A stretch of 64,000 nt of DNA from Octopus sinensis (taxonomy: Eukaryota): positions 101,122,001 through 101,186,000 of the forward strand of contig NC_043003.1 in NCBI RefSeq assembly GCF_006345805.1, read 5' to 3'. This document shows, piece after piece, positions 35,990 through 49,300 of this stretch (position 1 is its first letter; every line of letters starts with the position of its first letter). Under the pieces are notes generated by a model. It was not told the DNA's origin. It did not search any database and was given only the letters and a program-made list of their open reading frames with translations. The position numbers and the translations under genes were made by a program.

Positions 35990-37200
35990 CGCCCCATTAT
36001 CCAGACGGCTGCAGCGTGTATTCTGTTCTGTTCTGTTCTGCTCGTCACCAGAGGATACGGTCAATATGGTATTATCCTCGTCATCACTGAACTCGTCAAT
36101 GGGCAGTGATGCTGGTCTCTCCTCTGTCATATTGACAGGAAGTTGCTCGCCTTGGAACCAGATGGTCGTGTATTCGTTATCGATCAGTTCCCATCCATAC
36201 TGCGGTTGTTGTTCAAGCAACAATTGTCCGGCATCTCCCCACAAGTTCGCAACGAATCTTGCACGTTGGTATTGTTACAAAAGTTCATTGTGGCATGGTG
36301 GTAGACTACTTGCATCGATTCCCTTCAGTCTCTCGAGTGGATCTTTTGCTTTAACACATGGGGAGAATGCTTTCTTAATGCTGGTACAGCTTATTTGGCG
36401 ATATATGTGACAGGTATACTTTTCTATGATGGTGAATGTTTCCAGGTCTGGGTCGGTATCGCCTAGCTTAGCAAATGCATACTGGAATTCTGTGTTCTGC
36501 TCAAGGATTTGAAGAAGCCATATCTTTCCTTGCCTGTCAAAAGAAGATGTGCCTGTAAATGTGTGAAATCCAGGCAGAGCTTTGCACATGAGAGGGCCAA
36601 TCGGAGTGAGAGCGTCTATGAACAGGTCAACATCGTTTGTTCTGATGGCACAATTGAGTACATGATAATCGTGCATTCTTTCGATGCAATCCATCCAGAA
36701 TTGAGTAGTAGGTCCTCAAGCTTACATCTAATAAAATGAGTGCCGGACTTGAATCCTTTCAACGATCCAAGAGCAAGCGCGTTGTCGCACTCTTTAAGGA
36801 TTTAAATCGCAGAATACACAGACCTGAGAGTAAATGCCAGCAGATGTGGGCACCACTGTTGGTATTTTGCGTTTTCTTGGTAATGGACTAGGAGTCGTTT
36901 CTAGAGGCTGAACATCATCTGTGATTGCTGTGAAATCTTTATGACAACCACTGTGGTATCCGTGCAAATCAGAAAATGTTTCTGGTAGCTTTTGGATGAT
37001 GTCGTAATAAATGGATGTACGGAATCTTTTTTTACTTGAGCGTTTTGATGTGGCATTTTGGATGGATCATCATTTCTGCTCTGAGAGCGGAAGTAGCAGT
37101 CCACTTTCAGCGCTCTCTTTAGACTTTCTGCTGTGGATAACACAGTGTAATGAGCGATCACTTACAACGGGAGGCTGACTGGCCGAGGGTACATCCGCAG
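35990..37200 (-). mobile_element. Academ(X)-like DNA transposon remnant (XPG/H3TH-like nuclease fragments)
   Basis: ALPGFHTFTG(..)TSSFDRQGK, IEKYTCHIY, LPPC, PQYGWELI..IWFQG and CTDTTVVV resemble the FHAxTGCDxTSxFxGKGK...LPP...GW region of Academ-type proteins. Heavily deleted; the call is from memory of motifs. Confidence 0.5.
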
Positions 37201-38401
37201 TTTCCGACTGGGACCCGCCAATATTCAATGCTGAATCAGGTGGGATTACGTGGAGATCAGTTTGAGAGGTGACGAGATCGGGGAAATATGAAGGTTACCC
37301 AGGATCGCCAGGTGAGAAATGGCCCTCCATGATAATTTATTTTTGATGCCCCCTTATTGAATATGTTGACTAGCGGAAGACGAATATCAGGCGTGTTCGT
37401 ACTCTGATGATCTGAATGCGAATGAATATGAGTAAAGAATTGGATAAAGCGTTACAAAAACGTGACAAACTCTGTCAAAAAAGTGACGCACATGAATCTA
37501 AGTCCGTCACATTCTGACGTACGTGAATTGAAAAACCTGATTGTGGAAAAATAGGTGTATATTTCTCCTTAATTAGTGCATAGTGATTAGTAGAAATTGC
37601 TTCTTAAATTAGAAATCCATACCTAAAATGGTCCTTAAGTGACATGAATAAATTCAGTTGGGTTTAGTAAACATTTCTGCGAAGTAATTGTTGCAGGAGC
37701 AGAAAGTCTAATTAACTCCTAATTAAGTGTCTAATTAAAACTTCTTGATTTGTTTTTCCATACCCTTTTTTTCTTCTTAAGTTTTCATTTAAGTATCACT
37801 TGTGTCTAAGGAGTAATATTTAATGTGATTCATTACTGGAGTTTAAAGTCTAATTAAATTAGTTATTTACGCAAGTTGATTATCTCATAATTAATTAATC
37901 CATACCTAAGTATACTTAAGAATCACGTTTCATGGTATTAGGACCATTTGTACACATATTATGCCTTGCCAGCATTTTTGAGCTTTAAGTCTAATCAAAT
38001 CAGGACTGACTCTCGGTCTATAAGCAAATTTTTTTTAAATAGATCCCCAGACATGGATTTTTGCAGTTTTCGGTTGGTATTTTTTGTACCTTGGTTGATA
38101 GCTGAGTTAAACAAATTGATCTTTAGTTTCTGAGAAACTTCATATTGTGGAATTAAAGGAACATACTTGCCAAGGTATGGCATCAAACTTATTTGGAATG
38201 ATGGACTCCTAAAAATAAAAGAAATTCAATATTTCGACAATTTTAGAAATTGCCTAAAAGTATAAAGGGGAATAAAATCTGACTGGTAATAGCTGTAGGG
38301 CTAAAATTCTCAGGAATTTCTCCTCACATGGATACTAACAAACTTGAAGAAAATTTAAGAAAACTTCATGGCAGACCCTTGTTGAATTTCATCAGAATGA
38401 C

Positions 38402-38489
<88 letters not shown>

Positions 38490-40508
38490 GGAGGAATTCC
38501 AACCGCATTTCCTGGTTCGCTACCTCAACAGCTTCCTTATAGGATCCAGTAGCCAAAGACATCAGGAGGAACCACGTCCTCTACCATTTTCGACACTTTC
38601 GGAGGTATCTTCAGCTCTGTTGAGTACGTTTTTTCTTCAGAACATGTCTCACCGTTGCTTTCTCTCTGCAGCTACATTCGTCAGTTGTTTGTATGTTCCA
38701 CCGGACTAAATTCGCCAGTGAAGGTAAAACGTCGAAAGTAGACTTGATCAGGAAGGATGTTCTTGCTTGTTCCCAAGCCCAAAGTTCCTTCCATTAGATT
38801 CTGCGACTGACCACATATTCCTCCTGTCTCAGGCACTGTCCCTGTTGACTACATTGTACCAAATGTACATTTCGCCTTTCTTCTTCCTTCTTTCTCACTT
38901 CGTGTACCACTGCCTCTTTCATCTCTTTCAACCCGCACTGTTGAATCACTTTCTTCTGACACACCTTCCCTCAGTGAATTCTAAGTCCGAAGTGACTGAA
39001 TTCCTCATCTACCTTTTTTTCTGTTTCTGTTTGATCTTTTATTTTCTCCCTGTGTTCCGGAATCATGGTTCACCATGATAACTTATTGCAACTTTATCCC
39101 AGATCGAACTGCAAACCTATTCTTTAGACTGTCGTATTGTCAAGGGTCTTTCTGCTATATATAGACATTCCTCTACCTTCTCCAGTTCATGGATCATTAT
39201 CCATTCACCCTTCAACCCTACCCCATCCCCTCATGCAATCTTGCAAATCTCCCACCCACTTTTACTCATCTTGTACCTTGTTGGGCAACTCATTGCCGTT
39301 ATCTTATCTGTCTCTTTTCAGGTCTTAGTTATAATTTCTCTTTCTCCCCTTTTACTAAATATGAGTGAACATGCAAATCTACAAGTTGCTAGTCTGACTC
39401 CCACCTCTGTTTCTTATAGTTTAATTCCTTTAGCCCAAGCATGAAGCTGATCGTACACCTCTCCCAAAGTTCAAAGTCCTGCAAGCTGCATGACAACCTC
39501 AATGGTGCAAATGGCAGGGAAAAAAAAGGCATGCAGTACACACTGTGAAGTGGTTGGCATTTGAAATCCTTAGAGTACAATGCAGTCTTTGGATTTATCA
39601 GATCTTATCAACCCATCCTAGCAAGGAACATGGATGTTAACTGATTATATATACATATCTAATATATAAAGTTGCTTCTTTGTTAATGCATACAAAAACT
39701 AATCATGTTAAAACTTGGGAGGAAAGGTCAGATATAGGTTGTCCTCAAATTTGGACCTGCATTCTTATAAGGGACTGGAGATAGTCTTCCTTCAACGTAA
39801 TTTTGATTGTTTACAAAGAATCGAAATTAATGCAGTGTGGGTGTGTGTGTGCATGACCTGCTGTTGTTTGTGTGTTAGCGGTGTGTTCACATCTTTACCT
39901 CTTGCTAATTGACTTAATGTGAAGGGACAGGAAATATTGTTACAAACGAGGAAAAATCTGAATATAATTTCAAATGGTACTACACAACATAGAACTACTG
40001 TGCTCTTGTTCTGCAAGGAAAGATCAATAATGAATTAACAATTAATTCTAATGAAAAATAATCCATTTGGGTTGTGTGGCATGCTACACGTTTTTTGGGG
40101 GGTTTTTTGCATGGAGGATTATAAATAGCAGTCAGTTGGTGTCAGGCAGTTGATATGGCAGTTCGTGTTGAACCATTGATACAACAGTTAGTGTTGAGTG
40201 GTTAATGTGAACAGAGTAGGTTACGTAAGTAGTTGGTAGAGACTGATAGAATAAGTACTAGGTTTTAAAAAAATGTCCTGGAGTTGATTTCTTTGACTAA
40301 AACCCTTTACTGACATGATAAATTCTGTAGATCAACAACAATAATACTTGAAATAGAAAACATAGAAGTTGGTAGACGTGAACATTTGGTGCAAGTTCTT
40401 TTTTCCACTCTAATCAAGTTGGCTTGCTGGGCTGGTCTGCAATTTCCAAGCGCTTGATATGACTGTTGGAGCCATGTCAGTGGTATCAGGAGGCCGCAGT
40501 TTGGAACA

Positions 40509-40546
<38 letters not shown>

Positions 40547-40779
40547 CATATGAAAATAAACGTTAGCATTTTCTTTTTTTTCAAAAACAAATGCAAACAT
40601 AACAAATGCTTATGTCCGACTTATATTTTCACTCCAGGTTAAAGGTAATGAGATTTCATTAAAAAATTTGATATACGAGTTTTTTCTTAATAATTATACA
40701 AATTTATATATCATCAGTTATACAAATATTTACATATCTTCAACTATACAAACTCAGCTATCCAAATTTGTTGACACCT

Positions 40780-41165
40780 ACGAATGTACAAAGTTGCATA
40801 CACCCCTTGTATGGTAAGAAGCTTGCTTCCCAAACACATAGTTCTGGGTTCAGTACCACTGCGTGGCATCTTGGGCAAGTGTCTTCTATAGCCTTGTGAG
40901 TGGATTTGATAGACAGAAACTGAAAGAAGCCCGTCATATATATATACATATGTATATATTTACGTGTGTGTGTGTGTCTTTGTGTTCGTGTTTGTCCCTC
41001 CATCACTGCTTGGTGTGTTTAGGTCTCCATAACTTAGCGGTTTGGCAAAAGAGACCTATAGATGAAGTACTAGGCTTAAAAAAGTCTTGGAGTCGAAATG
41101 TTCGACTAAAATACTTCAAGGCGATGCTCCAGCATGGCTGCAGTGAAATGACTGAAACAAGTAAA
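40780..41165 (+). mobile_element. Degenerate tRNA SINE with internal (TA)/(TG)n
   Basis: GGTAAGAAGCTTGCTTCC..GGGTTCAGTACCACTG head, similar to 51595-51965. Confidence 0.7.
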
Positions 41166-41199
41166 GGAATAAAATATATATATACATACAGGAAGCTGC

Positions 41200-41560
41200 C
41201 AATCACAAAGCTCTATTGACACTGTTGACCAATCAAAAATAGTAAATTATCCAGTTAAATTTTTAAACTCACTGGAACCACCAAGTTTACCTCCTCATAA
41301 GCTTGAGCACTTATAATGCTTCTAAGAAATTTAGATCCTCCAAAACTCTGCAATGGAGTAAGGCTTATTGTGAACTCTCTGAATTCCATTAATATCTACT
41401 GATTTACCAGTACAATTTAAAAGAATATAGTCTCTAATTAGACTAAATTTTGCAAAGTCTATCAACAAATCACAAGGACAAACATTATCAGTAACTGGTT
41501 TGCAATTAGAGGAGACTTACATCTCTCATGACAATTGTATGTTGGATGCTCATGTTGGAA
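41200..41560 (+). mobile_element. Helitron helicase fragment
   Basis: [46 protein letters not shown]. Confidence 0.75.
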
Positions 41561-42989
41561 GTTCAAAACAATCTTTTCTCCACTGGGAAAAACCTATAAT
41601 GAAGATTTAACTTGCCTTTATGTTTTCTATTTCAAGTATTATTGTTGTTGATCAGCAGAATTGATTATGTCAGTAATGTTAGAATCGTTCTTTTATATGT
41701 TTCAGCTGACTGTGGCCATGCTGGAGCACTGCCTTAAAGGGTTTTAGTCAAATAAATCGACCCCAGTACTTATTCTTTGTAAGCCTAGTACTTATCAGTC
41801 TCTACCTTGACTCTGGCATATATAAAAAGAAGAGAGCAATCAAACAAAAATGAGTTAAGAGAAATAACAGGCAACCTGAATTTGAATTAGCAATAACAAA
41901 TATAGATTTACTCAATACCAAACAAGGCAAATTCTAAATTTATTGAAATTATCTTTGCTACAAATAAACAAGAACTTTGTAACAATTGCAACTGGCTCTG
42001 AATGATGAGGGGAGATAATATAAATCTTAATCTAGAGGGGAAGAAAGGTTGGGAAAGTGTTGGCAAGACAAAAACCAACTCGAGGAGGAGGAGGTAGTGG
42101 TGGTGGTGGTGGTGGTGGTGGTGGTGGTGGTAAAAGAAATAACAATCAAATCTCCCTCTCCCTCAAACCATATTCTACCATTTAAGGAAAGAGGCCACAC
42201 TGGATAATATAGTTATATTTCTGAAAAATTATGGGATAGTTAGGGCTGGAATACCTTAGATCATAGATCTCCTTGATTATGGTTGTTGTAGGGCTAAACA
42301 GCAATAGTAACTTACAGAGACTGATATCATGCATACACAAAATATAAACACCCAAGTATATACACTATGCACACACACACACACACACATATATAAAGAG
42401 AGAGAGAGAAAGTGAGAGATGCATACACAAATCTGTCAGTGATGTGCACATTAACAATCGTAATTCTTCAACAGAACTGCACACACACACTCTTATGCCT
42501 GTAACACACTTCTCCCACCACCACTCACAGTAAATACCAGTGATAAACTGGAAAAATTGTTATAGCATTGTCTGCAAATCAATGAAATTGTGTAAGTCTA
42601 TAGTCACTGTTTCAGATTCCAAAGAAACTATGGACCACCCCAGTGAGTTTTACAACAACCTAGTGCCATCTGAGGTATCACTTCACAGATTCACTTATAA
42701 GAAAGCCATTTAAAGTTAAGATATATATTTACCCTGAGGTACAAATTGAAAAAAGATGTTTTAATGAAAATAAGTGACCTAGTGAATTCAAAAATACCAA
42801 AACATTTTTGTTTAAAAAAAATTAAGTTGGTGAAACAGTTTTCTTATGGCAAAATAATTTTAGATTCTATATTATTTAGTGCCCAAAATTTTAAACCCTT
42901 TATTAATAGAGGAATAATAAGGACAAAAATAATATAAATGTACTAAATAGAATTATTTTAATGACTATTTTGGTAAACAATTACTTGAT

Positions 42990-43648
42990 TTACTTCCATG
43001 TTTTTCTGGTGAATCTCACTTTATTGACCTATAGCAAGCAGGTGGTGGTCCAGCCACTTCCATATCTTGTCTCCAGCTCTTTGATATCTTTATGGGTGAA
43101 AACTCTCACCTTGTTTTTCAAAAATTTGTGTTTTTGAAGAAAGTAATTCCAGTGGGAATGAAAATACATGATGATGATGATATTGCATCCAAATTTCTGA
43201 TAGTTCTGTAAAAATGATTCAACACTATTAACATAATATCTCTATACTTCAAGACCAAAATATTTACAATATTTCTAAATAAAATCCAAACATCAAGTTC
43301 ACATGTAATCTTAGACTTTTCAAATTCTGTCATTCATTTTTATTTTATTTATATCCCTACATAGACACCTTTTATTTCTTGATTAAATGTTTGTAAATAA
43401 ACATTCATAATACTTCATAAATACTTGAAACAATTATTTTTGTCATATAGCTGCATGAGGCCCCAGTTTTATGTATAAAGGAGGCAACAATAATTTTTTT
43501 TTTCGTGGTCGATTAGTGGCTGTGAATGTTTCTTTTATCCTTTGACCTTCAATAAAAAATATTGCTTTACAATGATTAACTGACCATAAAAGATGTTCTT
43601 TTTGTCCAGTCACACCATCACTTGTGAGTGGGCTGGCAGAGCTCTCTC

Positions 43649-43679
<31 letters not shown>

Positions 43680-44520
43680 AAGCATGACATTTTAGTATAT
43701 CGATACTGTTGACTAAGGCACACAGCAATAACTTTAGTTTTCACACACAATCCATGAGTAGTCTTGATACTTTGTTTTCTCAAGGAGAAATGTGAAGTTT
43801 CCAAAAGATTCTTTCAAGTAAAGTGAGTGAGCAACAAGAATAAATGAATATTTGTTACCATTGAGAAGAAGGAATCAAAATGCTAATCACAAGCTTAGTA
43901 ATTTAAACACTTTCTTAATATACACTGAATCAAACCCAGCTGATTGATGCCACAAACTAAATTACAGTCTGAGGTAAAATATGGAAGAAATTCTTTTTCC
44001 TGATGGTAGTGTATGTCACCTGGATTAAGCAAATCAGTGGTAATTAACCTTCAACCAAATAATACAGAAATTTCATAAAATCCAAGTTCACTCTGCAAAT
44101 CATTGAATTTGTGTAAAACATTGAGGCACAGTATTAAAGAGATGCATTTTGTGTCTTCTGTTCTTTCATTTTAAGAGCAGTTATATGAAACATGGGTCTT
44201 CTCACAGGTGGCATAGTGAAATATTACATTTGTTTTTTCCATTAAATCTTGTCACTTGCATGAGTAGAAATAGCAATCATCTGTGTGATGTTGTGACTCA
44301 CAACAAACCATTGATCTTATAAACAATGTAGATTTCTTTCTTTCCTTTGCTCCAAAATGTAACTCAATACAATTTATGAGGGATCCAGGATTCATTTTGA
44401 TTGCTGAAATACAATCAATATATTTGTTTAACAAAAGATGATATATTTTGCCTCTGTTGTTAAGGCGTATATTTGCCACATATATTACAAAATGTATTTT
44501 TTATGTTCACATGGTCTGCT
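42990..44520 (-). mobile_element. Very degraded Chapaev-3/CMC-like transposon
   Basis: Remnants of FCNICG (~44490), SQHHTDDCYF (~44290) and GE-F-HKDIKELETRY (~43090) in the expected order. Confidence 0.55.
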
Positions 44521-45669
44521 TGTTATATCTAAATAAATAGAGAAAAATAAACATATAAAGTCAATGAAAAGCATGTTATTAAATATGTGTAATGTACTTT
44601 ATGAAATAATCTTATAGGATATTCTTTTTCATTTGTGGAAAACTATGATGCAATGAAAACATATTGATAACCTTCTTAACTTCATAGATGTCATTTAAAT
44701 TGCCTGAAAATAAATACTATAATCACCATTGAACAAATGCCATTTTCTCAAGGAGCTTAGATATTCCATCTCTGTGGACTGGAACAAGGTCTGATACAGT
44801 TGCTCCTGCTACTCCACAACTTAAACTTTGGGGGAGGTTGAAGGTGGATGGAGAATTTCTTCAGATTTCTGTTTAAAATATTGTTTTAAAGGCCAGAAAG
44901 TTTCAGGCATGGAGGTAAATCGATTACATCAACCCAAGTGCTTGACTGTTACTTATTTTATTGACCCCAGAAGGATGAAAGGCAAATTTGACCTTGGCAG
45001 AATTTGAACTCAGAATGTAAAGACAGCTGAAATGTCACTAAGCATTTTGCCTGATGCGCTAACAATTCTGCCAGCTTGCCACATTCATTTTCTGCTTTAG
45101 ATATTGAAGATTAGGATTTTGAAAACTCAAAATCATAATCTCCAACAACAACATGGTACACAAGTCAATTATAGTAGCACTAGAAAACTTATCTCCATCA
45201 ATTAACACCTTCAGATCTTTTCTTTAAAAAATAATGGCACATCAGATAATGTGGTCCTACATACATGGAATAATTTCAGCTGGAATGCCATTAGTCAGTT
45301 GTCTGTTGATTGTGTGATTAGAGGTTATACAATAGCACAAATACACCTGTTCATTTTTTTCTTTCCATACTCATGGCTAGAAAAAAAATATTTGTCAAAC
45401 AGCTCTTACATGGCAAATAATCCACATAATTTCCACATTACATAAGTTGCTAGACCTTACATGATCAGATGAGGGTAAAAGTTAGGTATCAATGAGAGGA
45501 TTGACTTCACTGACCTCCACCCCAATACAAATTTGGTCTGTACTCCTGACGTATAAACCCAGAAAAACAAAACACTTGCAGGAGCAGGTAATTAAATCTC
45601 CACCCACTTAATTTTGTTTAACAATGGGTTCTACCTGCATGGAAGGAAGACTGTAAATAACAATAATAA

Positions 45670-45802
45670 TCACTGTAAATACTTCCATTTTGGGTCACCA
45701 CTGAAAAGTTCATTTTCAAGAAACACATCTGTGACTTCCTCTCCAAGATATTGTTGTTCAACCCAAGTCTGCTTGGTCAACCTTTTGACCAAATAGACCA
45801 GA
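45670..45802 (-). CDS. Candidate terminal exon of an unidentified host gene
   Basis: Open reading (D)LVYLVKRLTKQTWVEQQYLGEEVTDVFLENELFSGDPKWKYLQ*. It joins in frame to 45899-46138 through a 96-nt GT-AG intron, but the acceptor is weak. Confidence 0.4.
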
Positions 45803-45898
45803 CTTAGATCATTTTTTAAATATCAGACATTATCCAAGATAATAAGATGTATTTATCTGATATTTCTAGCAGCTTAACAATATAGTGGCTTGTTTTAC

Positions 45899-46138
45899 TC
45901 CAAGCTATTGTCACAAGTAGAGCTGAACCCAGCACTGCAAGCTAACATACCGAACATTTTCCTTTTTAATGAGTAGAACTTATAACCCTTTTTCAGGGTC
46001 AGAGGTAGCTTTCCAAGGCTAAAGGCACGTAAGGGTCTAGTTGCAGTATCAAAATAGGTGCTGCTTACAATGGCAACTACTTCGAACTTAGTGGAACTTA
46101 TTTTCAGTGAGGCGAACTGGTCATGGAACACAACACTG
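45899..46138 (-). CDS. Candidate internal exon of an unidentified host gene
   Basis: Acceptor tttgtttctag at 46139, a stop-free non-repetitive ~79 aa (VVFHDQFASLK..RPLRAFSLGKLPL..TCDNSL), and donor GTAAAA at 45898. Confidence 0.5.
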
Positions 46139-47030
46139 CTAGAAACAAAATACAGAACAAAGATTTCTTAGTTGGTTATCCATCAACAGATAGACACATA
46201 CATACACACACACTCTCACACACACAGTATGTGTGTGTGTATGCTCCTTTAGTGAATATTATGAGAAAGAAAATGGTTATTATAAAAAAATGTTAAATGG
46301 TATAATTTTTGTTTATTTCTTTACAAGGAGAGGGGGTTTGCAAATTGACGACAGCAGCATTTAACAAACAGAAATAAAGGTTTGATGCTGTCTAGTTATA
46401 CTGACCACACTAAATAAGACAGTATGGTTCCCGGAGTTGAGATCAGCATACAACTTTGATATACTGAAAGTTTCCATAGAATAAACCTTGTTATAGTTCT
46501 GATACATCACATGAAATCAAAGCTAGGCTTCTGCTGTGTTTTTCTTTTTTAAAATATATTATCATTATCAATGATAACAAAATATGTTTAGTTCATATAT
46601 TTTCATTTCAGTTTAGCAGTTCTTACATCTGCAGACCCCTTCCCCATCTCACCCCAAAAGCTATAGCTTTTGCAGCACAATACAGCAACTAGAATATTTC
46701 AACTTTAACTAATGGTAATGTATGTATGTATACTGATTCAACTTTAACTTGTGTTAAATGTGTGTGTAAAAAAGTTTTTTAATTACTGTTTGGTAAATAA
46801 AAATGTACCTTAATTTTTAAAAAAGTAGTTTTTTCAAATTTTCTGCAGTCAGGCTACAGAATCTTAATTTTTTTTGCTTTGTTTATTGTTTGGGTTTCTT
46901 TTTGTATTTATTATGTAATTCAATTTTCTTTCTTTCTTTTTGCCAATATACAGTCTTTAAATTGATTAGAAGGAAAAATAGCTTGAGTAGTGTCGATGAG
47001 ATATCACATTTGAAAAAGATGTCTTCTTGC

Positions 47031-47168
47031 CTAGCATGGATCATCCGAGTCACTCTCAGATGAAGAGACGTCATTCAAGTCCTGTACATTCGGTTGGTAA
47101 ACTGGCATGTGCTTTGGACTCCAGGTTTTCGGAAGATGACGAACCAGACAATTTTTTTGATGTTTTGC
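47031..47168 (-). CDS. Candidate exon (45 aa plus stop) of an unidentified host gene
   Basis: Strong acceptor ttttgtcttctctag, a GC-richer island, reading AKHQKNCLVRHLPKTWSPKHMPVYQPNVQDLNDVSSSESDSDDPC*. Confidence 0.4.
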   Translation of the reverse strand, partial: AKHQKNCLVRHLPKTWSPKHMPVYQPNVQDLNDVSSSESDSDDPC

Positions 47169-47999
47169 CTAGAGAAGACAAAATATTTTATATACATATG
47201 TACATACATACATGATTATATATTTACAAGCCAATGAGGGTGCCTCTTAAAAAAATATAAGGCACATGGAGGTTATGGTTTTGGTTCTAGAAATGAGGAG
47301 AGAACAAGGCTGCTGGAGTTCTTATGATGCTAATGACTTGATTTGCAACACTTGATCACCTATGAATCTGGTGGGCACAGAAATCAGATTGACTACATTC
47401 ACACCAGAAAATGGGATAGGCAGATGCTCGTAAATGAAAAGTCATTTCCTGGTGAAGAATGTACTGCCCAACATAGGTTAGTTTTTAAGTGACTTCAGAC
47501 TTAGAGCTAGAAGAATTCAGAGATGTAAACCACTTTGAGAAAAGAAGATAATCTTATTGGATATTCTTTCTCATTTGTGGAAAACTATGATGCAAGGGGA
47601 AAAAAATGATAACTTTCTTGATTTTATGGATTACATTAAAATCACCTGAAAATAAACATTATAATCACCATTGGCCAATGTCGTTTTCTCAAGAAGCTTA
47701 GATATTCCACCTTTGTGCAATGGTACAAGGTTTGACATTGTTGAGGGTCCTTCAAACAGTCGGGGATTTAGAGACATATTATTTGAAGCATTTGACGAAA
47801 AGAAAGAGAAGATAGAGGTGTATAAGGAAGAGAAGATAGAGGTGTATAATATAGGGGTCAATTGGAAGTTCAATCTACTGAGTGCTACAGACTAAGTCTA
47901 TAGCTGGTACAAAATTCCAGCCAGAATAAGGGTGGTATAGTGATGGAACAGGGAAGTAGACAGAGCCATAAAAGCTGCTTGGAAGGTTTGGAAGAATGG

Positions 48000-49300
48000 G
48001 GTCAGAAAAGCTAGGAGATAGGGGAGAAACAGAAGAGATATGCCAATATTATTCAGTATGAGGACCAAGGACATGAGATGTTCCAGATATCAAGGCTGTG
48101 TATCAGAGAAAATTGAGATGCAGTGGAAGTGTGTTTGGAAGGATAATGGTATACTTGCACTAAGTATTTTGAAAAGAAAGAGGCATAGAATGGGGAGAAA
48201 GAGTTTTCCTCATATGAACTTGACAGAGAGTCCAGCCATTTTTGTTGCCAGCAGTGTGATAGATACAGCAATTAAGAATATGAAGACTAGGAAAGCTCCT
48301 GGTCTATTGGGAATTATCTCTGAGATGCCTAGTCACCTGTATGATTAATCAGGTTGTAGGTATTATATCCAATGATTGGCATAGCAGTATCATAGTCAAC
48401 TGTTATAAAGGTAGGTATCAAATTACTGGACCAGGTTATGAAAGTCACTGAAAAAGTTGTAGCCCAATTCATTAGGAAGAGAGTTAACCTAGATAAGATG
48501 CAATTTGATTTTGTTCTAAGGAAGAGAACTACTGATGCAGAAGTATTTAAGGAAAAGTAAACCCCTGCAATTGGCATTTGCTGATATGGAGAAAGCCATT
48601 GATAAGGTGCCTCAGCCCCTCACCTGGTGGTCACTGCAGAAGCTAGAAGAATGGTTAATGAGAGTCATTCAAGCCATGTACAAGTAAGAGTTAACAATGA
48701 GTACAGCAACGAATTTAGTATGCATGTAGGAGTTATCATCAGGCTTTGATTATCAGTCCTCCTCTGTTTATCATTGTCCTCCAGGAGATAACAAAGGAAT
48801 TGAAAACTTGGACAGGTACTTCTCTATGCTTATGATGTTGTTCTTATAGCTGAAACTGTAGAAGAGTTAGAAATAAAACTGCAGATGTGGAAGCAAAACC
48901 TGGAATCAAAGCATCTTAAAGTTAACTTAGCAAAGATCTAAGTTCTAGTTAGCTGTCCTGTTGTATATGCAGACAAGGTATAGGTAGAAATTCCATATGG
49001 TGTACTCGGTGCAAACTATGGACACATAAGTGATACAGTGGAATTACAGGAAGGTTAACAGAGAAAGTAGAATTTGTTTGTAGCAGATGTGCAGGGGCAG
49101 TAAACAATAAGACACACCAGAAATAGATGCTCTGGAATGCCCAGGAAGTTCCTTAGAAGTAAGAGATAGCTTCAATTACCTAGGTGACCAAATTAGCAGT
49201 AGAGGAAGTATAGTTGTTAGAATAAGAACAGGCTGCAGGAAGTTCAGGGAACTACTACCTCTGTTGGTAACAAAAAGCTCTCTGAGTGAAAAGTACTGGT
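48000..49300 (+). mobile_element. Highly degraded RTE LINE RT region
   Basis: MKTRKAPGLLGI, GIKLLDQVMKV, RSTTDA-like, DMEKAIDKVP and FRELLPLLVTK. Confidence 0.75.

Noticed and set aside
38480-39450. GC-richer island with possible retroelement remnants
   Set aside because: No motif could be identified with confidence on either strand.
47027-47215. Plus-strand 62-aa ORF (MDHPSHSQ..)
   Set aside because: Antisense to a segment with a much better minus-strand splice acceptor, and no supporting context.
47671-47760. PPLCNGTR resembling the Helitron helicase
   Set aside because: The paralogous repeat copy at 44610-44800 reads PSLWTGTR and the flanking helicase motifs are missing, so it is probably coincidence.
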